A stretch of DNA of 64,000 bases from Chara braunii (GCA_003427395.1 BFEA01000014.1:3107552-3171551); one strand, 5' to 3'; shown: positions 37,136 through 51,014, counted from the stretch's first letter. Program-made: numbers and translations. The notes: generated from the letters alone by a model not told the origin.

Positions 37136-38929
37136 TGACCTGATCTAATGCAAGACAGTAGATAGGAGGAGCAAGGTCTCGAGGTCTGCCCTATCACAAA
37201 CAGACGCCAATAAAAAGGGTGGGTAGATACCGAGTGGTCTATCATACTGTTACTAATCTTCTCGATAGACGGGGAACAGTAAAAGCCCTGAGAAGAGATT
37301 GATTCATTATTGACAGACCGCTTCCTGATTCTACTGAGGTGGGGGTAGAAGAAATGGGACCCTGTGTGACATGTCCTGCTACCTTAACCTATTGATTGAT
37401 GTCAATCTTATGATTCCGCTCCATATGAGATGGATAATATTTTGTGTATGTATGTCTGAAGGGGGAAGTTTTTGCGACGTTAGCTCTATACTTCTCTTCC
37501 TTCAGACGACTATCCCTAGAAGCCGATCTGATAAGAGATTAGACAGGGTATATAGAGAGAGTTATATCTACGTAGTATTATTCTCAACTATAATGAAGTT
37601 GGCTATATTGAACTTCATATGGGATCATATCGATGGTAGAGAGGTGTTGAGACCGTGTTGACCTGTATGTGATTGCGGGTCATCCTGATGAAGAAGACTC
37701 ATTATGAGTCTATACAAGACTATATGATGTAACAGTTGCCTTATGATAACAAGTCGGTTATCCAACTCAACCCTCGCTCACCCTCGACACCCACACTTTG
37801 CATCGACCTTTGCACTAAACGGCATTTCCGTTTCAGGTCATTTGTCTAAAGGGTCTGTGTTTGGTCAAAAGAGGTCTTTGAATGACTAAGTCGAAAGGGG
37901 AATGTTTGTTAAAAGGTTTGGAAGCGTAAGTGTGATGTGTGTGAAAGTGAATGAATGGTTGACTCTGCTAGGATTGTGTAATGTGATTGACTTTGTCTGC
38001 AGGTCAGTAAAACGACCAGCCACATGCTATTCACGGCAACCCATTGAGAAACTTATGTTGTCCTGGGCCTTGATCCAGATGTTCCATCAGTGCGCGATTG
38101 GTTTGAGTATCCAGCCTTGCGCCCTTTTACCCTGATTGTTAAACAGATTATGATTATTGCTAAGGCTACGAGCCTTATTCATTTTATGTTCATTTCATCT
38201 ACACATGTTTGAAAGGTCAATGACCTATGTTTTCCCTGATGAATTCAGACTGTTTATGTGAATGTGTTACGTGTATATAACATATCCTCGCCTAATTACT
38301 CAGCCTTACCTCACTTCACATGTATGTATGCTATGGTTAAAGGGTTCTCATAGAGAGATATGTTGAATGGACTTAATCACTAGGTAGGATGGGAATATGT
38401 CTTATACGCAACCCTTGATAATTTGAGTATTGAGAAGGATCATGCTTTGAAAATGGGATAGGTTATAAGTCATACCTATAGAAACTATTTATAAGCAAAG
38501 CGTAGTATGCGCGAACGTTCGTCAGTCGAGTCGACCTGATTTGTAAGTCGGTCCGGGAGATCAGCGCCCCGATGCCTGACGTGTATACGAGTCAGTCTTA
38601 GGCGTTCAACCGCACGTATGCCTATGCTACGGCGATCGAGCAAACACCCTCGGTTCGCTTACCTCTGCGATTGCAAGTAAAAACATTCGCACGTGAGTCA
38701 ATAGCTCAGCAGGGATACGCCCACCTAAGGGATGGTGACAGCTTCCGCAGGTGGAGGTGAGTTGTACCTCACAGGATCTCTGTCCTGTCGCAGGGAGCTG
38801 CAGGAGGTATAGTTGGCGCGCACGGTCGAGTTGGCTGAAACACTTTTAAAACTCCTGCCTGATGCGACGGTGAGGTCCGACACCAAAAATTATTTTACGT
38901 CTGGGTGTGGGACCGCCACGCCCGACAGG

Positions 38930-38947
38930 TGGCGCCCTTGCCGGGGA
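38930..38947 (+). promoter_or_regulatory. Primer binding site, tRNA-Asp (Athila-like) type
   Basis: TGGCGCCCTTGCCGGGGA lies 2 nt after the LTR-terminal CA and is one mismatch from TGGCGCCGTTGCCGGGGA. Confidence 0.8.
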
Positions 38948-41515
38948 TCTCGCTTTCCAGCCAAGGTCCTCAGTGAACGAACTCGGGTATCCTAAGACGA
39001 TGATCGCGACAAAACGACAATCTTTAATCAAACTAATATAGTTTGTGATATGTGGGTAGAAATTGTGTCGAATAGATGATGTGATGCGTCTGAAAAGGGG
39101 TGCAATTATATCGATAGTACCTAGAAGAGTCATGTTGTTAGGGATTTCGACTACCTACCAATATCCTTAGAAGAACGAACTAAGGTATAAGGTAGTTAGA
39201 AATCTCTGTCAACTAATAAAGGTGATACTTTTATATAGTAGTTAGAAGTTAGGTTAATGAACGACTTCAGGGAAGTATCTGTGTATGTTGGATCCTTCCT
39301 TCAGTTTACATACTCGAGGCATTCGTCCGTATAACCGCTTGTGTTGACTTGAGTAGTTAAGAAATTAACGACTGCATTGATACTCTTAAAAATTATCAAG
39401 GGTCAAGGAAAGGTAGGCGCGTGACTATCTATTCTATTTATCTTTAGGTTAGTGTAGACTGATTTAGTCAGCCTTACTTTTCACGACTTTCTTTTCTGTA
39501 TAGCTTTAGTCATATCTAAGTTGAAAGAGTTATGACGGAATTTTGTTCCTTGTCTAATTGAACTATCTATTCAGTGCATTGCTTACCACCTTACAGGGAA
39601 GAGAACCCTCTACATCCTTGGTTTGTACCGATACTAGGGTCAACGAGATAACGTGTATACTGTAAGGCTCATGGGCCCCCGTGCATGATTCTTTTCACGC
39701 TTAACTATTTAGAAGGGATCGCTACGAGTAGCCTAATTGTCTTCTCCTTGAGTTTATGTACGAAATAAGGAGCACTCGGTCATATGATTATTTTACGCTC
39801 TTATGCCTTATGACCCATTGTGATCTGTTGGTGTCAAGCGAGTCAGTAGCAAAGAGTGAGATTGAGGATGCAAGGATGAAAGGAGGGAACCTTTAAAAGA
39901 GGGTGGCATGGTGGTCATCAAAACATGATATGAGAGATGTCGCAACTATGAGATGACGCATAATTCTTTATATTATTAAGTCATGTTGTTCAACACATCG
40001 TGTGATTTCTACGTCTTTATCCACCTCTGTTTAAATCATCAGTTGAACGTCCATGTTAGCAGTAAGCTGTTATACTATATTCCTATTAGACTATATGCAG
40101 CATTGTCAGTTCCGACGGAGGATGATCTTTGTAATATTACGTTTATATGTTTTCAAACCACCCATATGCAAGTTTACTTATCATCTTTGAGGTTATCTCT
40201 TGCCTTGATCTGAGTCTTGTTACCTGTTTGAATTATTATCTTGATAGGTATTTTATCAATTGCTTAATCTAGAATGTCATTGACGGATCTCCAAGTAGGA
40301 TGACACTATATCTCCTGCTCACTATCCTAGGTATATCCTCAATGCGCTTTAAATCTATTTTGATAATTGCAGCATCGTGATTGTTCCTAATAAGTCGAGA
40401 CTATTAGAGTAAATTGGAGTACTATATCGTAACGTCTACCTCTCGTGAGCACGTCCTATCTCCTCGAACTTTGGTTATGAGCGACCCGATGACTAACCAC
40501 AATGCCTCAACTTCGAACATAGTAAGTTCAGATGTTGCTTGCCCTCAGCTAGTCTCACTGAAGCGCTTGTTCTAATAAGACTAGAACCCGTGATCTGGGT
40601 CGCTGTCAGAAGTATAAGAGGGACTGAATCTCCTCAATGTCTCGTCATTATAGTACCTCTTTCTGAGCGACGATAAGGGAACCTGCTAAGGTAGGGGAAA
40701 GAAGATGATGTGTACTGTTAAAATTCCTTCTTAGACTTTGATGATAGACCTCTTGAACCCTGGACAAAATATAGTTGTTAGGCTACCTACTTGAAGACTA
40801 TGTGCGTTGGCGAGGTCATTGGTCATATAGATTGTGTATAAGGTTATAGATTAAACTAACCTTATTAGCCATTGCCTACATAGTCTAACTAGATTGTCAG
40901 AATTCTTGAAGTTATATGATATACGTCTTAATGGTAGCCTAAAAGGTTAGCTGATTCGTGAAGTTCTAATGATAAAAAGAGGTCATGCGCTTCTGTATGA
41001 TAGGTGCATTTTGGGGTAGTAAACGACGGTATACTAGGGTCTATCAAAATACGAAGGAGTCTTGAAGTTCAACGTCCATTTTCGAAAGTCGAGCTTGAGA
41101 TATAAGACATTGTAGTCTTAGAAACCTGATTACATTCATATTATTGGTAGGTAAATAGAATAAGGTGGGTCATATTATGCTTAGTTGTCATGACAGTTAG
41201 GAACCAACTATTTACTAAAGATCTGATTATAATATTATGCTAGTATGACACAAATTCTGATTTGATTATTGAAAATAGATTTCAACCCTTGGAAGATCAT
41301 GAGATATGAGTTAATTATCTGCTTAGGGACTCGCTAATCATGAGGGGCAAATAGTATAGTAAACGTAATATTAGGTCATTTACTTGAAGAATAAGCTACG
41401 TGAGTAGACTAGGATTATTACCGATTGGTTACTCAATATAATTAGAGTATGAGAGGGTCCACTTGAGGGTTACCCGACTCCTTAAATTATAGTGTTATAT
41501 AAGGAGTGATAAAAC

Positions 41516-41999
41516 CATGGTTACGTTCCGGACGTCCGGACCGACTTCCAGATAGTCCGGAGTACAATGTCCGTGCAGACGTACGGTCCGCAGGGTTCGG
41601 AAGGTGCCAAATCCAGACAATTTTTTTTTCAAAAACGGGTCGGCCTGGACCCTTGGTTGGGTCGAGGCCGACCCCAAAAAATTGACCCTGGTATTTTTTC
41701 GACCCGTTGGGCCTCTGCAGACATGGCCGAACGCGCGCTTCTTAGGTTTTAGATTTTTTTTTTTTTCGTTCACTGCAGTCTTGGTGTGGCCTCGATTTCG
41801 GAGGGAAACGAGGGTCTGTTCGAATCGAAAACCCTCTCGCCCGCCATTCAGCCGCTGGTACGTTGTCGAGACTCTCATCGCCCTCCACTCGCCCCGCTGG
41901 ATGTTGACGTCATCGTTGCAGCGCTTCCCCCATCGCCGTCGCCGTGGCTGCTCTGCACGTGGTCGCCGTCATCGAGCCAACGTTGCCATCAAACACACA

Positions 42000-42083
<84 letters not shown>

Positions 42084-42425
42084 AGTCGTGGAGGAGAGAG
42101 GAGTTGTGGATGACGCAGGAGACGCAGAGGAGGGACGACGATGGCGGCTTAGAGGAGGGAGGATCTTGAAGACAAAGTAACGTTAAAAAGTGTTCTGTTT
42201 TTGTTTGTTGAGCTGAGTTTGGATCGGTGAAATCACTAAAAAGTTGGATACATTTACGGAAGAATGTCACCCCCCCTGGCAGTTTTTTTTTTTTTTTTTC
42301 GGACCGTTTTTTTTTCCGGACCGTCCGCGTCCGCTATGTCCGGAATTCCAGACGTCCGGACCGGTCCGGACGTGCGTCCAGTTTCGGGTACGGTCCGGTC
42401 CGGGTCCGGGTCTGGCGTAACCATG
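41516..42425. mobile_element. Non-autonomous hAT MITE (910 bp)
   Basis: Perfect TIR CATGGTTACG / CGTAACCATG. Perfect 8-bp TSD GATAAAAC (41508-41515 and 42426-42433). TCCGGA/GGTCCG subterminal repeats and an internal (CA)n. Confidence 0.93.
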
Positions 42426-45400
42426 GATAAAACTACTTATTCCCACAATGATAAATGTATATGACTTGGTATGAATGAATGTGTGTGGGAATGAATGATA
42501 TGTGTTTCAAGTGACATATCATTGTATGTTTTGTTCTTGGTTGAGAGAAGTTTGAACTTGTTATGTATATAGTTATTGATTGCTTGACGAATGTTTGTGT
42601 CTGCCAGTATATGTTGATGAATTGCTTTCTTCAATAAGGATAGACAAACTTTGTGAAATCCACGTTCGGCATGGGACCGAAGGTGAATGGAGTGACTAAC
42701 CTTTGAAGAGAAGAAATTCTCTCAAGGAAGGTCAGCATGCAGAACCTGTCCTTTTGGGCGATTGCAGCATTGATTGATACCTTTGTATGAGAGGTTTGAA
42801 GAGTGTATAGTTAAGTCATGTAAACGGTAAAGAAACTCACACCGGAACAATGTTCCTGGTCCATAGTGGGGTGTTGTCATTTTTCCTTGTACAGGAGAGA
42901 TGACTACATTACCGTTGAAAGGGAGGAAGGTGTTGTGATCATATCAAGACGCTGCTTATAGAAAAGGTGACTGTTGTTCGCCACAAGGGAAGGAGTAGTG
43001 ACCTAACCGCGTGTCGAGCAGAGTCATCTCACGTTCTTAGTCGATGTTTCACTAACCTCGGTTATGGGAGGTGAGGTTGTCCTACTCTATTAAGTAGCCG
43101 ATTGATGGGGTCGCAACATCAGAATCGGAGCGAGATGTGGTGAGGCTAAGTCCTAGAAGCGGGACTCGGGATCTGGGATGTTATACTTTGATCGGATTAC
43201 ACCACCCCTCGGCACGATATACCCCTATTAAGCCTAAATGAGTAGTATATTTTATGTCATCGCAGTGATTTTTTTTCTCGTGCAGTCTCAATTGTAACGG
43301 TTGTTTTCATTGTTAATGAAGTTATCAGTTGCTGTTTTGTTTAAATTAGTACGGTTGATTGTATTGGAATTCTATGAATAATGATTTATTTTCCTTACAG
43401 TCTCAAACATTTCTTCTACTATGATAAGTTTATATTCTTTTTTTACGGCAGGAGAATGTCATTTACACTTGGTTCGTGAGAACAGGGGTAAAACCCTGCG
43501 TACAGTAACGAGTTATTTTGACATGTTTCTTCATTGATGATATCGATCTGAGTGAATGAATGTGGTTGAGTTTTGATAAGTGTCGTCGAAAAGGTTTAAT
43601 CATTTTTGGGGCAGCTTAGCTTAATACTCAGATCTGAGTATTATGCGAACCTTCATGCAATGCATTATTGAAGGCGAAGCCTCAGGAGTCAGTATGACGG
43701 CGACTTAAACTAAGTTTTTGAATCTTGAAATTATTTTTAGGCAGCCGCGATATGTGTCCTGCTTGCGAAGACATCAAAGGTATGTCTTGAAAAGTCGCCG
43801 CTCATTACTCTATAGGGTTAGTCTGAGATAAGTTTGTGAGATCCAAACGAGGTACTCGTTCGAATATGTCGACGCTTTGAGAGATATCTTTGCATCAATG
43901 ATAACGTGAAAACCAACATTTTCATGAAACAATTTTTTGTATATTTTGAAAGATCCCCGAGACGCGTGTCTGACCGAGCTGTGATCGAGACTTGGAGGAC
44001 ACGACCCCTGAGTGACAACCTGACAATGATCCTTGTTCATCCACAGAGTGGCAACCTGACAAGGATTAAAATATTTTTTATGATGATTTTTTGATATATA
44101 TTGAATTGAACATCGTTCATCCACTTCAGGAGGTCAGCCTGAGGGACTGAATTACCAAGCCTATGGTGAAAAATTGGCATCGTTGGGACGTAACTCCCAG
44201 CCTGGGCTACTGACCAAGTATAACCAGGTAGCGGACCTTCTAATTTTGGCCTTGAGTTGAGACCTGAGGGGTGACCACATGATGAAGGAATTAACTCAGG
44301 TAGTTATCAAAGGGGTCGAATATATTCTTTGAACTATATGTGAAAATTTTGATGATAGGACTTACCCGTCATTGCGCAACCAATACGGGAACTACCGTTA
44401 ATATAACAAACACGGTAGGCCGCAGCTCCGACCTGATCAACAGGACTGTGGTGGGTCAAGATGTAGACTGTTTGTCCTCCTATATTACGCTTCGGGCAGG
44501 ACAGCTGGCAACTTTGGATATTAATATCGAAAGTTGGACATCCAAGGTCTCGGTTAGGACCCGCGTTTGAGGGGTTGAGTTCGCATGCGGACGAAAGACC
44601 CTGAAGACAACCAACGATGACCTGGCCAAAAGTCTAAGGGTGAGGGGAAGAAGGAAACATTGTCATACTTGACTATTTCATGTACTTTAGTACGGATAAA
44701 GTATCCCCACTTCATGTCATTGGATTTATTTTGCAATGTGGGAGATCCGGGTTAAAGTCCCGACAGTTATAATGAAAAATGAGGTGACGATGTCAATCTT
44801 GAACCACACTTCCAGGGAATCGGAAAGGAACTTACGTTCTCTTCCAAGCAGAAAGAGAGGTACATGTTTTGTTTTGTATTGTATCATCTGTGTGGTGATG
44901 TTATCAATCATGTCATATTTTATCAGTTGATTTGATTTTGGGGAACGATCAAAAGGGGAATTGTATGAACGATCGTCATCAACGTCCCTAGCGACGGGGA
45001 CGTCGCTTAATAGGGTCTGGGATACTATCGGACCAAATACCCTTACAAGGGTATTTTAAAATACCCTTACAAGGGTATTTGACCATGTTTTTACAATCGA
45101 CACACTGATCGCACCGACCACCATGACGGAGTCGGTTTGAACTTAAAAGTGTACGCGTTTTTTGCGGGACACTTTGAAACAATTTCCTCGACCACTGAGG
45201 TCGAGGCAAATGGGGGTAAAAATTTTGTTAAGTATGCGCGCGCATCATGATGACGCGCGTTCTGATGGTTAGAATCAGTGGTAATACCCCTCGACAGAAG
45301 AGGTCGAGGGGTCAGTTGGGTTAATATTGTGTCAGTAAGATCTATGACACCCATTGAGACTTAATTGTCGGTACGTCAGTCTTGATAAATTATTATACGG

Positions 45401-46101
45401 CCCGACCATACGGTCGCAGCAATTATTAGTGTGTGATCATCAGACTTGCAATAACGCCCGGATTACTAACGATTGCTCGAGCGGCACCTCTGTCCTTACT
45501 CATATACCGCGGTGAGGTTGAGGCTCTCGCTCGGCCGTCCGTATGAAGAGAAGCACTTGCCTTTCGGACGGTGACTTCCTGACCTATTGGCCATTCAAGC
45601 AAAACTGGTGTCGTCGTCCCTTTGCCGAGGGAGACACCGTTGCAAACTCTGATATTGTCTGCACAAGGTCTAGACTCAGGCTACTTGAACTGGTACCCAC
45701 CCACCTACCGGTACTGGGCCTCTAAAAATGCCAACTTCTGTCTTCTTCTACTCGGCCTCGAGTACGCGGCACGTCTGCCTTTACTAGGTTTGAAACCAGC
45801 CTACCTGCTACTTGAGTGTTTTCCCCGTTGTTCTAAGTGTGCAGGTTTACCCCGCTACCTTATAACTTTTCCGCCACGTCCTTCAAAGCCACGACTACAG
45901 GTAAGTACCGGGCCTTCGGGCCTTCTAGCGACCAAGTGCCCTTGAGGGTCACGCACACACTCAAGCCGACAAGCACTCAGACACGCACGCAGACCAGCAC
46001 GCGTGCACACACGCGCAGACTTAGAATTGGGCTCGGACTATTAGGCGGACCGAACCTCATTCTTGTACTTATACCGGGACTACTCCTATCTTACTCGAAG
46101 T

Positions 46102-46188
46102 AGGAGCTAGCCCGGTAGGTTTCAGGGTGGAGTGACAAGTAACAGACTCGAGGATCGAGTCCACTTGCCGGCGGGTTAGCTCTTTTTT
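46102..46188 (+). ncRNA. Putative Pol III structured small RNA in LTR, copy 2
   Basis: CTAGCCCGGTAGG and GGATCGAGTCC boxes. GAGCTAGCCCG pairs with CGGGTTAGCTC, followed by TTTTTT. Confidence 0.5.
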
Positions 46189-46217
46189 AACAAGGAGCCC
46201 CGTATCATTTCGCCCTT

Positions 46218-46272
46218 GTTCCCGGTAGGCGGGGCTTGAACCCACGACCTCACTATTACAGTTAGTTGTCGT
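46218..46272 (-). pseudogene. tRNA 3'-half-like sequence (anticodon arm, variable loop, T-arm)
   Basis: Revcomp reads ACTAACTGTAATAGTG-AGGTC-GTGGG-TTCAAGC-CCCGC. No D-arm or 5' acceptor strand was found. Confidence 0.55.
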
Positions 46273-47665
46273 TGCCCCGTTGAAACGGGGTCCGACACTT
46301 GGCAAGCTGGGGTGGTAAGACGTTAGATTCTTTTATTTCTTTCGTTGTTTTCTTTTATTTATTTCTAACAATTAGATTTCCCTTTTCTATTTTATTATCG
46401 TTTTTTTCCTTTTCACACGTAGTTTTCAGATAGTTTGTTCTTATGAATATGTCGCGGGATCCACGACAGATTCGTTGACGAAATACCTCGGCACTACACG
46501 GATCTCGACTTCGGAGTCAAGAAGGTGGCGTGACGGAGTCGCGACCGACCACTACGGGAATAGGCTGTGGGAAAGGCTATCGACAGAACTAATGCGGTAG
46601 TAGCAGGAGGAGAACTGCGCAGAGGTAGGAGGACACGAGGAGGTAGGAGAAGACCGCGCAAAGGAAGAAGAAAGCGCAAAGAAGAAGAAGAAGAAGAAGA
46701 AGAAGAAGAAGAAGAAGAAGAAGAAGAAGAAGAAGAGCGAGACGAGAGAAGGAAGTCCGCGCAAAGGAGGAAGAAAGCGCGACGACGAAGAAGTAAGAGC
46801 GGAGAAGTAGTGATAGAAGAAAAAGAAGAAGAAGAAGAAGAAGAAGAAGAAGAAGAAGAAAACGAAAAAGAAGAAAAAGAAGGGAAGAAGAAGAAGAAGA
46901 AGAAGAAGAAGATGAGGGAGAGGAGAGGGGAGATGGGCGGTCAGCAGGTAGAGTCGCGCAGGCAGTAGCGGAGATGGCCGCGCAGGAGGAGGAGGTGCGC
47001 GGGGAGGGAAGAAGTGAAGGAGGAAGACAATCACGCGGGGAGTAAAGGGAGATGGTTGCACAGAGAGGGAGAGATCGCCGCACGGGAAAGGAGATGGTCG
47101 CACGGTGCAAACAGCAGGATGAAGTGCGCGGAGGAAGAAGAGAATCGCAGGAAATCGCGCGAAGGTAGCGCAACTCGGGGGAGAAATGTGCGCACACAGA
47201 AAAGCGAGAAGGGGGCGGAAGTGGCCGCGCGCAACAGTGAATAGAAAGAGGTAGCAAGAGGAATAGCAGTAGTTGGAGAAGAAGAAGAAGGAGGAGGAGG
47301 AGAAGAAGAAGAAGAAGAAAGAGAAAAAGAAGGAGGAGAGAGACGAAGGAAAAGGGGGTGGCTTACCTGTTGTCCGCCAAGAGCTTGGAAGGCTCACGTG
47401 TGCCGATCAAGCTCCCCGTGTGATGGTCACGGTATGTTGCACATCGTTTAGGATCGGGGAGTGTCGAGCCGACGACAACGACGACGATGGCAACGGCGAG
47501 GGAGCGAGAGAGAGAAAACGGGTAAGTCTCCTACCCCACGACTAGCCTAACGCTACTCCCATCGATAGCATGATTAAATAAATAAATAAATAAAGCAAAT
47601 GAATCTAACGCTACAACGTGGGAATATACATCACATGTGTGTGTGTGTATGTGTGCGTGTGTGTG

Positions 47666-47717
<52 letters not shown>

Positions 47718-48540
47718 TGTGTGTGTGTGTGTGTAGAATGCATATTGCAACCATAGCAACCCATTATAGGAACCTCCTCGTACCTTGTAATTGACAGTCC
47801 ATTCGTAGCACTTGGTTAGGAGAGCTCACCTTGCTGCCATTATGTTGTGTCCTTTGGTCCCTGCATTCACCGACGGTATGAAACAATGGCAAGGGGAGAG
47901 AGAAGAAGAGAGAGAGATATGGAAGGAGAAGGAGAGGGTAGCGACAAGAGGGGAGCATGATGGACAATGCCATCAGACACTAGCTGTATTTGCTAGCGGA
48001 GGAGGGGGGGCGCATCCCCTAAAGCGCTTTTCGCCGCTTGCGCTTATCACGGCTCATCAGAGGGTGAGGATCCTCTGGCTCCCAGTGGTAGTGAGAGGGC
48101 AAGTGGTAGGGATTGGAGCAGTCGGAGTTCTGTAACGAACTTACCACATGCTCGTTGGCTTCAGCTTCAGCAAGGTACTCGTCCATAGCTGCCATTCCAC
48201 ACCACGTACTCTATCAGAGATGGCCCAATGTGACCGCAGTATGAGGCTTCACCGCCTGTGTCCTGCCGATCAGATCTCACCGCAGTTGCGTTTGTCCACG
48301 TACGTGGAGTATTAGCAACTGCTCAGGATATAGGAGAGTGGAAGGTAGAGAACCTCCTTTCTCAGTTAGCTATGGAGGGTATTGTCGTTCCACCCGTAGT
48401 ACCGAGTCTGAGGTAGAAGAGGAGAGAGGAGGGAGAGGAGATGGTGAAGCAGGAAGAAGGCAGTGCATCCAACAGTGGGTAGCCCCCGCTGTAGCTACAA
48501 GGGAACCCATTGGTTGCTTTTATGTAGGCGTAGCAAGGTA

Positions 48541-48900
48541 ATTGTGCAACTTGGGATAGTGTGAATGGTGTGTGCGGGCGTATGAGTATGCTGGGTGCGA
48601 TAGTATGCGCTTGCTCGCAGGGTTAGTGGGGTTGAATGACGTGTGGTAGGGGTAGCAGGGCGATTGTGCGACTGAGAAAACGTGAATGGCGTGTGTGGGC
48701 GTATGAGTATGCCGGGTGCGATAGTATGCTTTTGCTCGCAGGGTCAGTGGGGTTGAAAGGAGTGTGGTAGGGGTAGCATGGTGATTGTGCCACTAAGCTA
48801 GTGTGAATGGCGTGTTTGGGGGTATGGGTATGTTGGGTGCGATAGTGTGCACTTGCTCGCAAGATCAGTGAGGTTGAATGGAATGTGGTAGGGGTAGCAG
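48541..48900. repeat. ~121-bp tandem repeat x3
   Basis: ATTGTGC starts at 48541, 48663 and 48784. Confidence 0.85.
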
Positions 48901-49721
48901 GTTTTGGGCATGGTGGCGGTGAATAGCAGTTTCTTTTGGATTCATATTGTCGTGGGTGTTGGCTATGGGGTTCTGTGGGTTCTGTCTTTTGTGATATGAG
49001 TGATGGATGTGCAGCTCTCGCTGGAACGTGCATGCATTTTTTCGTGAGTTGTATTTTGGGTAAGTCTACAGATGTTAATTGTTTGTTTGTGTAATGCTGG
49101 TTGAGTTGGCTCCTGTAGTGACCGTTCGAGCTTGCAGGTTTTTGTTCTTAGTGGTGTCTGCGTTGAGATGAGTCGTCATGTTTTTGTTTGTTTTTGCTAT
49201 GTCAGTAGCAGGAGGAAAGGTGCCTTTTTTTTAGGGAGGTGAGTCTGTAGGACATATGTGGGTGGGTTTCTAGTATCTTTGTCCTGAAGTCAGTCATACG
49301 TTGTTTATCTGTATGTATACATTGTTGTTTCTGTTCTTGTTTTTGTTCTCCGTTCGTTCGGCATATTTTTTGTTTTTTCTGTTGTTGTTTTATATGCGTA
49401 AGTCGTCCGGGAAGTGTGTGGGTGTGTTCATATTTGCTGGGGGTGAGAGTTTGGGGAAGGTGGGTCGGCAGGTGATCTAGGCTTAATTTGGTGTTGTCCT
49501 CTGTATGTGTGGGATTTTTTCGTCCTATGTTCTTAGTTCTTCTTTGCATACGATAAGCAGGTAGTGTGTGCGTGTGATTATGTTTTATTGGGGGTGTGAA
49601 ATTGGGGATGGTGGGCGGGCAAGTGGTCTTGTTTTTATTTTTATTATTATTTTATTATTATTTTTTATTTTTTATCGTTTATTTGTATATATATCTCTCT
49701 GGGCCAGTGTATGGGTCTCTT

Positions 49722-49770
<49 letters not shown>

Positions 49771-49904
49771 AAGAGTTACCATTGTTTTGTCGGTGAGAGG
49801 TGTGTGTCTGTAGTGCTGTGCAACGGGGTTCTTTTGTTTTTGGTTTCTTGTGGCTATAGAGGTGTGTAGTAGGTACTGATATTGGTTAGGCCTGTTGGTG
49901 GTGA

Positions 49905-49945
<41 letters not shown>

Positions 49946-50119
49946 TACGCGTGTGTGTGTATGTGTGGGTGAGAGAGAGAGAGAGGGAGAGAGTTGCTGC
50001 CTCCGCATCTCCTTTACACTCTGGTGGGCTGCCACCCGCTGTCATCGATCCACCGCTCCCCTTTGCCTGCCACTATCTGCTATGCGCCCATGCGCCTGCC
50101 CCGCATCCCCTGCTCGCTC

Positions 50120-50211
<92 letters not shown>

Positions 50212-50352
50212 NNNNNNNNNNNNNNNNNNNNNNNNNNNNNNNNNNNNNNNNNNNNNNNNNNNNNNNNNNNNNNNNNNNNNNNNNNNNNNNNNNNNNNNNN
50301 NNNNNNNNNNNNNNNNNNNNNNNNNNNNNNNNNNNNNNNNNNNNNNNNNNNN

Positions 50353-50386
<34 letters not shown>

Positions 50387-50952
50387 TCTTCTTCTTCCTC
50401 CTCTAAGTCCGCCATCTCTCCCTCACCCTCTCGCTACCTGACCTCTCGGGATCTACAGACTATGAGAGAGAGAGTGAGAAAGAGAGAGAGAGAGAGAGAG
50501 AAGGAGATCGTGTGTGAAAGTGAGGAAGACTGAGAGAGAGGGAAGGAGAGGAGGCGTGATGGTCCTTGGGTGCATGTGGCATCTGTGAGTTGGGGATCGG
50601 GTTGTGAGTGATACGGGAGACATACCTGGTGCTTGAGGCGAACGACACCATGATGGGCTGAGATCTGCTCGTACTTCGGGGAGCTGTTGACGTCATCAGT
50701 GACATCGTAGTCTAGGCTAGGTAGGATTTGTCGTCTGTAGTCTGGGCGCCGAGCGCCAAATAGGACATCAACATTGGTTCTTCGTCGATAATGATGATGA
50801 GACTTTACCATCATCGTCAAGTTTGAGCTCTTGGTGTCTTCTTATTTGGTGAAACTCGTGATGCAATTTTGTTGTTGGTTCAAGGTCACGACTATCTGGT
50901 CTTGTGTATATGATGTTGTTTGATTACTGAAGTTCGCTATTGCGCATCTTTC

Positions 50953-51014
<62 letters not shown>

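Noticed and set aside
46552-47545. E/K/R-rich and F/S/L-rich ORFs
   Set aside because: They derive from (GAA)n purine tracts and are not kept as an ORF in the other LTR.
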